Below, one piece after another: positions 17,602-26,534 of a stretch of DNA of 31,784 nucleotides. The position numbers and the translations under genes were made by a program. How positions within the stretch are numbered: the first letter of the stretch is position 1; every line of letters begins with the position of its first letter. Below the pieces are notes generated by a model. That model was not told where the DNA came from. It saw nothing but the letters and a program-made list of their open reading frames with translations, and made no database searches. The stretch lies in contig JAYEFH010000195.1 in the NCBI GenBank assembly GCA_034658555.1, positions 3,345-35,128 of the forward strand, in the 5' to 3' direction. The stretch is from Thermodesulfobacteriota bacterium (GTDB lineage Bacteria > Desulfobacterota > Dissulfuribacteria > Dissulfuribacterales > UBA3076).

Positions 17602-18586
17602 TTCCCCGGGCTATCATGCCTTGTTCGATCAAGCTTCTGACGATTACCATAATTTCCTTTTGCATTTTCTCGACCTCGCTGACTTTTTCAGGTTTATGCG
17701 TCTCAAGATCATCTTTTAATATTTCGGCTGCATTCTCGGACATGTTTTTGAAAATCTTTTGCTTGACAGCTTCACTCGCCCCTTTTAAGGCCACAATCAG
17801 TATATCCGACTGGACCTCCCGAAGAAGGTTCTGCATGCCACGATCATCTATGTCTACAAGGTCCTCAAAGGAGAACATGTTGTCATCAATATCCTGACTG
17901 AGGTTGTCGTCTATTTCCTTTATTTGCCCAAGAATCTCTTCTCCCAACGAGGAAGACGCATAATTCAGGATTTCCGCAGCTGCCTTGATGCCTCCTACGC
18001 CGGATGATTTGAAACTTACGTTGGCGGAAAATTGTTTCTCAAGGATTTCATTCAGTTCACGGCGCACAGAAGGCTGAATTCCTTCAAGTGTGGCGACACG
18101 CATTATCACATCTGTGCGGATCTGATCAGGAAGGTTACTCAGGACCGCTGCGGCCTGGTCTCTACTCAGACTGGAAAGCGTAACGGCTATAACCTGAGGA
18201 TGCTCCCGGCCCATAACCTCGGCGATGGAACTGCCATCCATCCATTTGAGCATATCCAACCCCTTGCTGCCGGACCCGGAAAGAACGCTGTCAATGAAGC
18301 CCTCAGCCTTTTCTTCACCGAGGGCCTTGTAAAGGACATCTCGGATATATTGATCTGAACCAATACTTAATGCCGTCTTGTTTTCTATTTCATTAATAAA
18401 ATCGATCAGTACCGAGTCAATCTGGTCCTTGCTTACATCGGAAAGGGCAGCCATTGCAGTAACCAGTTTTTGGACTTCTTTGGGCTCCATGTATTTAAGA
18501 ATCTCTGCAGATTCGTTTTGACCAAGCGCCATCAGGAGGACAGCTCCACGCTCGATTCCGCCCATACTGACAGCGCTATTCAGCAT
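17573..18586 (-). CDS. fliG: Flagellar rotor/switch protein FliG
   Basis: AVLLMALG, EHPQ motif, GGIKAAAEILN, MFSFEDL, ALKGAS. Confidence 0.95.
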   Translation of the reverse strand: MLNSAVSMGGIERGAVLLMALGQNESAEILKYMEPKEVQKLVTAMAALSDVSKDQIDSVLIDFINEIENKTALSIGSDQYIRDVLYKALGEEKAEGFIDSVLSGSGSKGLDMLKWMDGSSIAEVMGREHPQVIAVTLSSLSRDQAAAVLSNLPDQIRTDVIMRVATLEGIQPSVRRELNEILEKQFSANVSFKSSGVGGIKAAAEILNYASSSLGEEILGQIKEIDDNLSQDIDDNMFSFEDLVDIDDRGMQNLLREVQSDILIVALKGASEAVKQKIFKNMSENAAEILKDDLETHKPEKVSEVEKMQKEIMVIVRSLIEQGMIARGSGGSEDEYI

Positions 18587-20186
18587 TGTTTCCTATCCAG
18601 CTTTTCACGACTTGTGCGACGCGGCCGGGATCCTCGGATGCAATTGATTTTGCAGCATTGAGCTTTTCTTCGTACCCGGAACCAGCTTTTGGAAGCATGG
18701 GAGTCTGCTCTTCTGAGCTGACAGGTATGGGTTCGTCCGGCAATTCTTCCGGTTGAGTTCCGGCCGCGCCCAGCGCGGCGAGGTTGCGTAGGATAGGACG
18801 AATTACCATGCCGATAATGATTAGCACCATCAGCCCCGCCAGGACCTGTTTGCCCAGGTTCCATACCCATGATTGTTTCCAGATAGGAGGCTCAGGTAAT
18901 GGTTCCGGGGGCGGCGGTACGGCAAAGGCCTCGTTGATTATGTTTATGGTGTCCCCTCTCTCGCTGTTGAAACCCACCGCCTCTTTGACAAGGCCGGTTA
19001 TGCGGTCCTTTTCCTTCTCTGTGAGTGGAGAAGAAACAACTTCGCCCGTGTCGTTTACAGTCTTCCGATAACCCACTACAACAGCTACTGAAATCTTTTT
19101 GATCACGCCGTTTGCAAAACGTGTGTGTTTGATGGTCTTGTTCGGTTCATAGTTAGTCGTAATGGATTGGCGGCTGGTCTGCGGCAAGGTTGAGCTTTTT
19201 CCTTCACCGGTGACGGCGATTTCCGGGGCAATTGCCTCGCCCGGCGGTTGATTGGAAAGAGCGCCGGGAATGCCAAGAGGTCCGGTACCCAGCTTTGTTT
19301 CCGTGGTACTCTGCTGACTGAGTATAGAGGATTGTTTTTCAGGAGAATATTGTTCCTGGGTCTGCTCTATTTCGGTAAAATCGATATCCGCAGTTACCCT
19401 GGCTTTTACTCCGTCCAAGCCGACAACCGGTGTCAGGATGTCCTTGATGCGCCTTTCAAGGCTCTTCTCCAGACGTCTGGTATATTCAAATTGGTTCGCA
19501 TTCAGGCCGGCTTCCCTGGATTCATCTCCCGAGGTCAATAGGTGCCCTTTCTGATCGATAATAGCAATCCTTTCCGGGTCCATATTAGGTATGCTGGCGG
19601 CAACCAGGTGTAAAATTGCAGCTACCTGACCAGCCTCCAGGTTACGTCCGTTGTAAAGGTCCACCAACACTGAAGCACTGGGCTTCTTGCGATTCCGGAT
19701 GAAGGCGGACTGTTTTGGAATGGCAAGGTGAATACGTACACTCCGTATGTCTTTCAGGGAGGAGACCGTCCGGGCAAGTTCTCCCTCCAGCGCCCGCTGA
19801 TATCGAGCTGTCTCCATGAACCGGCTGACACCCAGCCCCTGTTTCTTTTCCAGAAATTCGAAACCGATTCCAGCTCCCTTGGGCAGTCCCTCGGCAGCCA
19901 GCTTGAGACGTGCCTCATGGACCTTATCGGCTGGAATCATGATGGCCCCTGAAATCTGTTCCAAATCAAAAGGGATATCGGCTTTCTGAAGGGCCTCGAC
20001 TACCTGTGCTGAATCCCTGGCCTCCAGATGGCCGTAAAGCACACGATAGCCGGGTTTCTGTAACCACAGGAAAAACCATATACTCAGAACTATTATAGCA
20101 GACAGAACCACGACAAGAATGATTTGCTGAGTGATCGGCAAATTTATAAATCCATTCATGGACAAAGCGGTTCTACTTTCTGCCAC
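18576..20186 (-). CDS. fliF: MS-ring protein FliF
   Basis: N-terminal TM, LAAEGLP, GFEFLE, RYQRALEGELARTV, RKKPSASV, GFNSERGD, second TM, DPGRVAQVVKSWI. GTG start with AGGAG RBS. Confidence 0.96.
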   Translation of the reverse strand: MAESRTALSMNGFINLPITQQIILVVVLSAIIVLSIWFFLWLQKPGYRVLYGHLEARDSAQVVEALQKADIPFDLEQISGAIMIPADKVHEARLKLAAEGLPKGAGIGFEFLEKKQGLGVSRFMETARYQRALEGELARTVSSLKDIRSVRIHLAIPKQSAFIRNRKKPSASVLVDLYNGRNLEAGQVAAILHLVAASIPNMDPERIAIIDQKGHLLTSGDESREAGLNANQFEYTRRLEKSLERRIKDILTPVVGLDGVKARVTADIDFTEIEQTQEQYSPEKQSSILSQQSTTETKLGTGPLGIPGALSNQPPGEAIAPEIAVTGEGKSSTLPQTSRQSITTNYEPNKTIKHTRFANGVIKKISVAVVVGYRKTVNDTGEVVSSPLTEKEKDRITGLVKEAVGFNSERGDTINIINEAFAVPPPPEPLPEPPIWKQSWVWNLGKQVLAGLMVLIIIGMVIRPILRNLAALGAAGTQPEELPDEPIPVSSEEQTPMLPKAGSGYEEKLNAAKSIASEDPGRVAQVVKSWIGNNAE

Positions 20187-20209
20187 CTGCTATCTCCTGA
20201 AATTTTATT

Positions 20210-20242
20210 AGGTGAATAGGTTGAAGGTTGAAGACCTTCTAC
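20210..20242. repeat. Short AGGTTGA-type heptamer array with CCTTCTA counter-unit between fliE and fliF
   Basis: AGGTGAAT-AGGTTGA-AGGTTGA-AGA-CCTTCTA, related to the cheR array. Confidence 0.45.
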
Positions 20243-20566
20243 TTAAACTGGTATGCTCATAATATCCTGGTATGCTGATACCAGCTTGTTGCGTACTTTG
20301 GTGATAGCCTGAAAAGAGATATTCGCCTTCTGCAGAGCAATCATCACTTCTGAAAGGTCTATATCCGTGTTTCCGGCTTCGAACGTCTTAGCCAAATTCA
20401 TGGCATCCTTTTGTGTCTCATTAACCGAATCCACTGCATTGCTCAGGATTGAGGCAAAATCAACGCCTTCCTTTCCGCCGGTCTGATTGCTCGGTCCTCC
20501 CTTGCTCGCTTTTGCCATGGATTGAAGCTGTGCCAAAACTTTGGCTACGTCTACATTATTAGTCAT
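20243..20566 (-). CDS. fliE: Hook-basal body protein FliE
   Basis: DFASIL..AVDSVNETQ, DLSEVMIALQKANISFQAITKVRNKLVSAYQDIMSIPV. Confidence 0.95.
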   Translation of the reverse strand: MTNNVDVAKVLAQLQSMAKASKGGPSNQTGGKEGVDFASILSNAVDSVNETQKDAMNLAKTFEAGNTDIDLSEVMIALQKANISFQAITKVRNKLVSAYQDIMSIPV

Positions 20567-20641
20567 AATATTTTCCTGAATTCATTGCCTTATCATCGTC
20601 GGCAGTCAATCTTTTACAGTTTTTCTGTCTGTATTTTTAAT

Positions 20642-20657
20642 TGCATGTTCTGTGCCG
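20642..20657 (-). promoter_or_regulatory. Putative sigma54 promoter for fliEFGHIJ
   Basis: CGGCAC-AGAAC-ATGCA, with GG and GC separated by 10 nt. Confidence 0.65.
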
Positions 20658-20689
20658 CAAAGGTCTTCATGCCGGCATATTATTCAGCA

Positions 20690-22069
20690 TTACCCTGGAA
20701 TCGGGATGCCGACTTCTCGTATCCTGGCGAGCTTGTAACGAAGAGTTCGTTCACTGATACCCAGATGTTCGGCCGAAGTCTTCCGGTTTCCCATGAAACG
20801 TTTAAGTGTTTCCAATATCAAGTTCTGTTCCTGAGTTTTCAGGTCCCACAACGGGGCCTGCGGACCCGGGTGTCCTGATGTGCCGGGGGCAGGCTTGTCC
20901 GGCATTTGCGATATAGTCGGTTCAATGTACAGGGCATCTGCTCTGATAACTGCATCTGTATTCATGATTGTTGTCCTCTTGATCGCATTGTCCAGTTCCC
21001 GGACGTTGCCCGGCCAGGACTGTACCATAAGACATTTCCCGGCTTCAGCAGACAAATGCTGGATAGGCCGTCCCTTGACATAAGCCACGTTTGCAAGCAA
21101 CCAATCTGCAATGGGAATTATGTCTAGAGGACGTTCGCGCAATGGTGGTATGTGAATTGGAAATACATTCAGGCGGTAGAAAAGATCTTCCCGGAAATGA
21201 CCGGCCGCCACCTCTTCACGCAAATTCCTGTTGGACGTGGCAATGATCCGCACCTCAAGTGGGATAACTCTGTTGCCTCCTAACCGTTCGACTTCTCGTT
21301 CCTGCAGGACTCTAAGTATCTTTGCCTGCAGATTCGTATTCATTTCCGAAATTTCATCGAGGAGCAGTGTGCCGCCATTGGCCAATTCGAATTTGCCGGG
21401 ACCGTGTTTGTAAGCCCCTGTATAAGCACCCTTCTCATGGCCGAATAGAACGGCTTCCAGCATGGTATCAGGTATGGCGGAACAGTTAATGGCCACGAAA
21501 GGGCCACCTGCTCCATGTGAATTGCGATGGATGTAACGAGCGAGTACTTCCTTTCCCGTACCGCTTTCGCCGGTAATCAAAATGGTTGCGTCACTGGGGG
21601 CTGCCTTGTGGGCCAACGCCACAATTTCCTTCATCCGTGGATCAACGGCGATAAATTCCTTTTCGGCCACGTCTGATCGCAAGACGAATCGGCTCACCAT
21701 AGTTATGAGGACAGCAGGTTCGAAGGGTTTTACCAAGTAGTCTACGGCACCGTTGCGAATAGCCTCTACAGCCCTGGAGATAGTCCCATAGGCCGTCATC
21801 AGCAGTACAGGGAGCTTTGGACGCCGCTCCTTTATTCGTCTCAGCAGTTCATGACCGTCCATACCTTCCATCCGGACATCACTTATCACCATCCCGACCC
21901 TTTGATCTTCGAACTGATCCAGGGCCATGCGGCCATCTTCGGCTGCAATCACCGGATACCCCGCCATTTTCAGGGTATCGCATACTGCTTCCCGAAGAGA
22001 TGGATCATCTTCAACCACGAGTATGGTGGTTGAACCGTTATCTGAAGCAAGCCGTTTGAACGTTGTCAT
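20690..22069 (-). CDS. fleR: Sigma54-dependent response regulator FleR/FlrC type
   Basis: Receiver (LVVEDD, ISDVRM, LLMTAYG, YLVKPFE), AAA+ ([21 protein letters not shown]) and HTH (LGISERTLRYKL). Lies between fleS and fliE as in Pseudomonas. Confidence 0.88.
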   Translation of the reverse strand: MTTFKRLASDNGSTTILVVEDDPSLREAVCDTLKMAGYPVIAAEDGRMALDQFEDQRVGMVISDVRMEGMDGHELLRRIKERRPKLPVLLMTAYGTISRAVEAIRNGAVDYLVKPFEPAVLITMVSRFVLRSDVAEKEFIAVDPRMKEIVALAHKAAPSDATILITGESGTGKEVLARYIHRNSHGAGGPFVAINCSAIPDTMLEAVLFGHEKGAYTGAYKHGPGKFELANGGTLLLDEISEMNTNLQAKILRVLQEREVERLGGNRVIPLEVRIIATSNRNLREEVAAGHFREDLFYRLNVFPIHIPPLRERPLDIIPIADWLLANVAYVKGRPIQHLSAEAGKCLMVQSWPGNVRELDNAIKRTTIMNTDAVIRADALYIEPTISQMPDKPAPGTSGHPGPQAPLWDLKTQEQNLILETLKRFMGNRKTSAEHLGISERTLRYKLARIREVGIPIPG

Positions 22070-23327
22070 TTTTCTTCTCATGAAAGACCATTCCAATTGA
22101 TGTCGAGCCCTTAATACAACTGGGTAGGGCTTCTTGAATATTACTCACAGGTAAACACAGACCAAATGTTGATCCTTGGCCGGACGCCGACTCAACCCAA
22201 ACAGAACCGCCGTGTGCTGCGGCTATTGCCCGGACTGCGGCTAACCCCAGGCCCGTGCCCTGGGAGCGAGTAGTGAAAAAAGGATCAAAGAGACGCGCTT
22301 GCAATTCCATTGGAACGCCCGGGCCGTCATCAGTCAGAGATATATTTAAAGTATTGACACCATTTTTTTCGGCCTTTAACAGCAGTCCCCCACCTTGGCC
22401 GCAAACATCTATTGCATTTATGATGAGATTCTGGAATGCACTCAAAAGGGCTTCTCGATTACCCCTTATGGAGACACTTTTTGCTTTTTCGTTTATTTTT
22501 ACCTCCAGATTGCAACCTCCGGATAATACATGCGGCTCAGAATTCCGACAGATAGCTTGAACAAGATCGTTTACTGCTATTTCGTCGTCTATGGGACCTC
22601 CTCCACGAGCAAAAAGGAGCATATCGTTCACCAGCCTGTCGAGATGACGAAGCCTGGACAAGACATTTTTCGAAAAACGGCCCCTATCAGCATCTGAAAT
22701 ATGTTCTGAAGTAAGATGAGATACATATAGCAACGCGGAAGCAAGAGGGGTGCGAATCTGATGAGCCAGAGATGCCGCCATCTCTCCCATAGATGAAAGA
22801 CGCCTGTGGCGATTGAGGTTCTCCTGTAATATCCTTGTTTCAGTAACATCATTGATGAGGAGTATCCGTCCCGGTTCAGACCCAAGAGAAGCGGTGGCAA
22901 TATTGAGATGACGGCCGTCAGTGGTAGTCACTTCATGGACTCCTTCGTTGCAGGACACAAGAGTGCGCATGGCGACCTCATTCCACCGTTTTTCTCTCGG
23001 AGACTCACCAAGTATTTCAACGGCTACCGGATTACATTCCTGGACGACTCCGTCCCCATCAAGAACAATCACACCGCCTGGTAACAAATTGAGTAACTGT
23101 TCCAGGCGGTTAGCCAGGCTTTCCTTTTCCGCCAACTGTTTTAGACGTTCACTTTTTGCAGAAGCCAGCTCAGCGGTCAGGCGGGTCACCTGATTCTGTA
23201 ATTCCCTGTATGAAGCTTCCAGTTGATCGGCAACCTCGCTGAAAGTAAGGAAGGCGCTTTCGAGTTCCTGAGGTCTGTTTTCTTCCGAATAGTTACCGGA
23301 GGACAAGACGGGTGTCATTTCGGTCAT
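22038..23327 (-). CDS. fleS: PAS-domain sensor histidine kinase FleS/FlrB type
   Basis: ELESAF..F...QL..SYR coiled coil, LANRLEQLLNLLPGGVIVLD, H-box GEMAASLAHQIRTPL, FFTTRSQGTGLGLA. No TM segment. Start uncertain. Confidence 0.88.
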   Translation of the reverse strand: MTEMTPVLSSGNYSEENRPQELESAFLTFSEVADQLEASYRELQNQVTRLTAELASAKSERLKQLAEKESLANRLEQLLNLLPGGVIVLDGDGVVQECNPVAVEILGESPREKRWNEVAMRTLVSCNEGVHEVTTTDGRHLNIATASLGSEPGRILLINDVTETRILQENLNRHRRLSSMGEMAASLAHQIRTPLASALLYVSHLTSEHISDADRGRFSKNVLSRLRHLDRLVNDMLLFARGGGPIDDEIAVNDLVQAICRNSEPHVLSGGCNLEVKINEKAKSVSIRGNREALLSAFQNLIINAIDVCGQGGGLLLKAEKNGVNTLNISLTDDGPGVPMELQARLFDPFFTTRSQGTGLGLAAVRAIAAAHGGSVWVESASGQGSTFGLCLPVSNIQEALPSCIKGSTSIGMVFHEKKNDNVQTACFR

Positions 23328-23340
23328 GCCGTTATTCCAT

Positions 23341-24426
23341 TCACAGTACTGTTTCTGAACGTCTGACTTCGGATTTCGAGAAACCATATTTTTTCATCTT
23401 TTCGCCAAGGGTAGTCCGTTGCAGGCCCAACTGCTGAGCGGCATGAGCCACTATCCAGGCGGATCCGTCCAGAGCTTGTCCGATAAGCATCTTTTCTATT
23501 TCAAAGAGATATTTTTTCAGATCTATTCCCCCCGGAGGCAAACTGCTGTTCTTGAAAGTATTCAGCGAAACAGGGAAAGGCCCTGATCCTGAAAACTGAT
23601 AAAAGGCCTCGGGTTGTTGCCGTATAACTCCCGGCATCCTGTACCTCCCCGGCATGTCCTCATAACCGATCTTTTTGCCCGGAAATAGCGCTGTCATCCG
23701 TTCCACCAAGTTTGAGAGTTCACGCAGGTTCCCCGGCCAGGGATACCTGGCGAGAGAAAGGATAGCCTCGGCGGAAAAATCTATTCTTTCCTTGTACATA
23801 TGCTTAAGCCTGGAAGAAAACTCCTCGATAAGAATCTCAATATCTTCGGTACGTTCACGCAGGGGAGGTATTACTATCGGAAACACATTCAAGCGGTAAA
23901 AAAGATCTTCCCGGAAAGTGCCTTTCTCTATCGCCTCTTCCAGGTTATGATGAGTTGCGGCGATGATTCGAACATCAACCTTTATGCTTTTTGTGCCTCC
24001 AACCCTTTCAAAAGTACGCTCTTGGAGAACGCGCAACAGCTTTACCTGCATATTAAGGCTCATATCACCGATTTCATCCAGGAACAAAGTACCGCCGTCT
24101 GCTATCTCAAAGCGGCCCCGGCGAGCGGTAATTGCTCCTGTGAATGCGCCCTTTTTATGTCCGAAGAGTTCGCTTTCTAAGAGATTTTCCGGTATGGCGC
24201 CGCAATTGACAGGCACGAAGGGCTTTTCAATTCGGGGTGATTTTAAATGAAGCATCCTTGCCGCCAGCTCCTTGCCGGTGCCGGACTCGCCAAGAATCAG
24301 CACAGTGGTTCCTGAATCGACCACCTTTTCAATAAGCCTTTTTAACTTGACCATGGCAGGGCTGTTCCCGATAAAGTTCATTAACGGGTCAGAGGATGGC
24401 GTATCTTTACTCGAACATTTATCCAT
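23341..24426 (-). CDS. fleQ: FleQ/FlrA-like sigma54 enhancer-binding protein lacking the N-terminal regulatory domain
   Basis: [42 protein letters not shown], tail [41 protein letters not shown]. In-frame stop at 24532-24534 leaves no room for an N-domain. Start (24426, 24474 or 24381) uncertain. Confidence 0.8.
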   Translation of the reverse strand: MDKCSSKDTPSSDPLMNFIGNSPAMVKLKRLIEKVVDSGTTVLILGESGTGKELAARMLHLKSPRIEKPFVPVNCGAIPENLLESELFGHKKGAFTGAITARRGRFEIADGGTLFLDEIGDMSLNMQVKLLRVLQERTFERVGGTKSIKVDVRIIAATHHNLEEAIEKGTFREDLFYRLNVFPIVIPPLRERTEDIEILIEEFSSRLKHMYKERIDFSAEAILSLARYPWPGNLRELSNLVERMTALFPGKKIGYEDMPGRYRMPGVIRQQPEAFYQFSGSGPFPVSLNTFKNSSLPPGGIDLKKYLFEIEKMLIGQALDGSAWIVAHAAQQLGLQRTTLGEKMKKYGFSKSEVRRSETVL

Positions 24427-24478
24427 AGCGCTTTTCAGATAATAGATAACTCCGTGCTCTGGTATTCTTATCAATAGG

Positions 24479-24535
24479 ACGCTTACAGTTCGGTTGGTAC
24501 TGTAAAACAGGCGTTGTAATCCCGTGAACGGTTAC
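24479..24535 (+). repeat. Interspersed repeat, copy 3 (57 bp)
   Basis: ACGCTTACAGTTCGGT...GGCGTTGTAATCCCGTGAACGGTTAC, matching copies 1 and 2 apart from substitutions and one indel in the middle. Confidence 0.85.
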
Positions 24536-24546
24536 AACTTCTCAAA

Positions 24547-24562
24547 CGCAAAAAAGATGCCA
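24547..24562 (-). promoter_or_regulatory. Putative sigma54 promoter for fleQ-like/fleS/fleR
   Basis: TGGCAT-CTTTT-TTGCG, near-consensus. Predicted +1 is about 24536, at the edge of repeat copy 3. Confidence 0.7.
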
Positions 24563-24732
24563 GATGGAATGAAATCTCTTCCCATTGTTTTTCCGGACTT
24601 TCAGTAGAAAATCTGAAAAAATGCGCTTTAATGCCCACTGAAAACCGGGACAAAAGCTAAAACTGATTTTTATCGGATATCTTCCGTAAATATTCCAGCT
24701 ACTGTCACTCATCTCTTAACCGAATTGAGAAA

Positions 24733-24771
24733 ACGCCAAATTAATGGCGTAAGAAGTGTCAAAAAAAAGGC
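24733..24771. promoter_or_regulatory. Candidate upstream activator sites between divergent sigma54 promoters
   Basis: ACGCCA-AATTAA-TGGCGT inverted repeat (24733-24750) and GTCAAAAAAAAGGC (24758-24771), which resembles the FleQ box GTCaNTAAAtTGAC. Confidence 0.4.
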
Positions 24772-24853
24772 ATGCTCCATGGCGGTATTTAATATGGTTG
24801 CCAAAAAAACGGCAAAAGAGGGCAGTAAAGTGTTCAGTCTCCCTGATCCAGTC

Positions 24854-24869
24854 CGGCCTGGCTTTTGCA
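24854..24869 (+). promoter_or_regulatory. Putative sigma54 promoter for the fliK-like/flhB-like pair
   Basis: CGGCCT-GGCTT-TTGCA with correct GG-N10-GC spacing. Confidence 0.5.
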
Positions 24870-24937
24870 TTTTTATAGCTGTTTCCCTCCGCATCAGAAG
24901 CAAAATGATACAAATTTGTCCTCGTACCTGGAAGTTA

Positions 24938-26143
24938 ATGACATTAATTGGAAGAACCCCCATATGTGCAGACATAATTACTTCCAATGGTCCTTCTAGA
25001 AGGATACTGACACTTCGTATTGGTGAGATAGTGCAGGCCTTGGCGCTTACCAGCACCAGGCAGGGAAATGTGGCTCTCCGGATAGGCAACAGTGTTCTAA
25101 AAGCCAATACCTATATCCCAATCGAGAAAGGCCAAAGATTGAGCCTTGAGGTAATAAAGGTCAGCGACCGGATTACTCTGAAATTACAACAGGGTCAGAT
25201 AGAACCTGATCTTTTCATATCAACAATCATGAAGGCCATGCCTTACCAGCGAGGTATGTCTTCCCTGCTTGCGAACCTGACCCATATTGCTGACAAAGGT
25301 CACCCTTTTCTTCCTCCAGGACTGAGACAGGCGGCAGAAAAAATAATCAGGCAATTACCTCATTTCAGCAACTTGACAGGATCATTGGCTCTCAAGAGAG
25401 CGATAATGGCATCCGGCATCTTTCTCGAAGCGAGACTTGCCCGGCAATCAGGCGCCATGCAATCACGGGATCTTGCCGGTGATTTCAAGGCATCGTTACT
25501 GGTTCTCTACAATTTGGTTTCCAAAATTGTCGGCAAGGAGAGAAGACGACATAATAATCAATTTCCAGTAAGGGATACAACTACATCAAAATCATCGCAG
25601 CTCAAGCCTCCTTTGCGGTGGTCTTCTCCCAAGGCCCAGGCAAGCTCCATTGCCACGATTCAGGATCTGTCAGGAAAGGCTGTGTTTAAAGAACTCAAGG
25701 GCCAGATTGAATCCGTACTTGCGCGTATACAGCTTAATCAACTGGCTTCACTGGACCGCGAGGGAGATTGCAAGCATATCTGGCACCTGGAATTGCCGGT
25801 AAGAAACGCTGACCGGCCGGACATCTTTCATCTGCGTATAGAAAAGGAAGCCCATGGAACCAAAAATAGTGGAGCAGAAAACTGGACTGTATCATTAGCC
25901 TTTGATCTGGAAGGGTTTGGTCCTGTCCATGCCAGGGTCACCGTCACAGGCCTACACGTGTCCGCAACTTTCTGGTCCGCACGGGAAGCCACTGCTGATC
26001 TCTTCCGGGAACACTTTTCCACACTATCGGACAATTTGGAACAAACAGGACTTTCGGTCGGCAGCCTAATATGCCATATCGGTGCCCCGACGTGTACTGG
26101 TCGAACTCCTGACTCCCGGATATTCCTCCATGAGAAGGCATGA
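24938..26143 (+). CDS. FliK-like protein with C-terminal Flg_hook-type domain
   Basis: N-terminal LRIGEIVQA..ALRIG..L...PIEKGQRLSLEV. C-terminal WHLELPV..FHLRIE..WTVSLAFDLEGFGPVHARV..VSATFW..L...GL.V. ATG 24938 chosen because it lies downstream of the sigma54 motif; the ORF is open from 24725. Confidence 0.75.
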   Translation: MTLIGRTPICADIITSNGPSRRILTLRIGEIVQALALTSTRQGNVALRIGNSVLKANTYIPIEKGQRLSLEVIKVSDRITLKLQQGQIEPDLFISTIMKAMPYQRGMSSLLANLTHIADKGHPFLPPGLRQAAEKIIRQLPHFSNLTGSLALKRAIMASGIFLEARLARQSGAMQSRDLAGDFKASLLVLYNLVSKIVGKERRRHNNQFPVRDTTTSKSSQLKPPLRWSSPKAQASSIATIQDLSGKAVFKELKGQIESVLARIQLNQLASLDREGDCKHIWHLELPVRNADRPDIFHLRIEKEAHGTKNSGAENWTVSLAFDLEGFGPVHARVTVTGLHVSATFWSAREATADLFREHFSTLSDNLEQTGLSVGSLICHIGAPTCTGRTPDSRIFLHEKA

Positions 26144-26221
26144 AGAAACAGGTTTGTTGGCAATCTCTCATTAAATGATTATTGGGAGAAAGCAATCCGA
26201 CTGAAAGCGAGGACGGTACTG

Positions 26222-26503
26222 ATGGCAGCAAAGAGATTAAAGATGGAGACAGTGGCCCTAAAATACGAAGGAAAACGAGCTCCTCGCGTCACTGCCAAAG
26301 GGACAGGCGAAGTTGCAAAGAAGATTCTTGAACTGGCTGAGAAACACCGGATACCACTCTATCAAGATCCCAAACTGGTGGAATTGTTGTCCAATGTAGA
26401 TTTGGGGGATGAAATTCCTGTCTCATTATATGTTGCAGTGGCTGAAGTCATTGCCTTTGCCTACCGGATCTCGGGAAAAATACCTTATGATGGAATCGAA
26501 TAA
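26222..26503 (+). CDS. Stand-alone FlhB C-terminal-like protein (EscU/YscU/HrcU family)
   Basis: VALKY..KRAPRVTAKG.GEVAKKILELAEKHRIPL, L.L.DEIP..LYVAVAEVIAFAY. 93 aa with no TM domain. Confidence 0.9.
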   Translation: MAAKRLKMETVALKYEGKRAPRVTAKGTGEVAKKILELAEKHRIPLYQDPKLVELLSNVDLGDEIPVSLYVAVAEVIAFAYRISGKIPYDGIE

Positions 26504-26534
26504 TGACTATAGAAGCAGGATCATACGGCCGTTT

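Noticed and set aside
24725-24937. N-terminal 71 codons of the 472-aa ORF
   Set aside because: They cover the candidate activator sites and sigma54 motif and read as non-coding. A later ATG is more plausible.
24709-25107. Minus-strand ORFs considered as a detached FleQ N-terminal domain
   Set aside because: The translations have no receiver-like or FleQ-like pattern and overlap the fliK-like promoter and gene.
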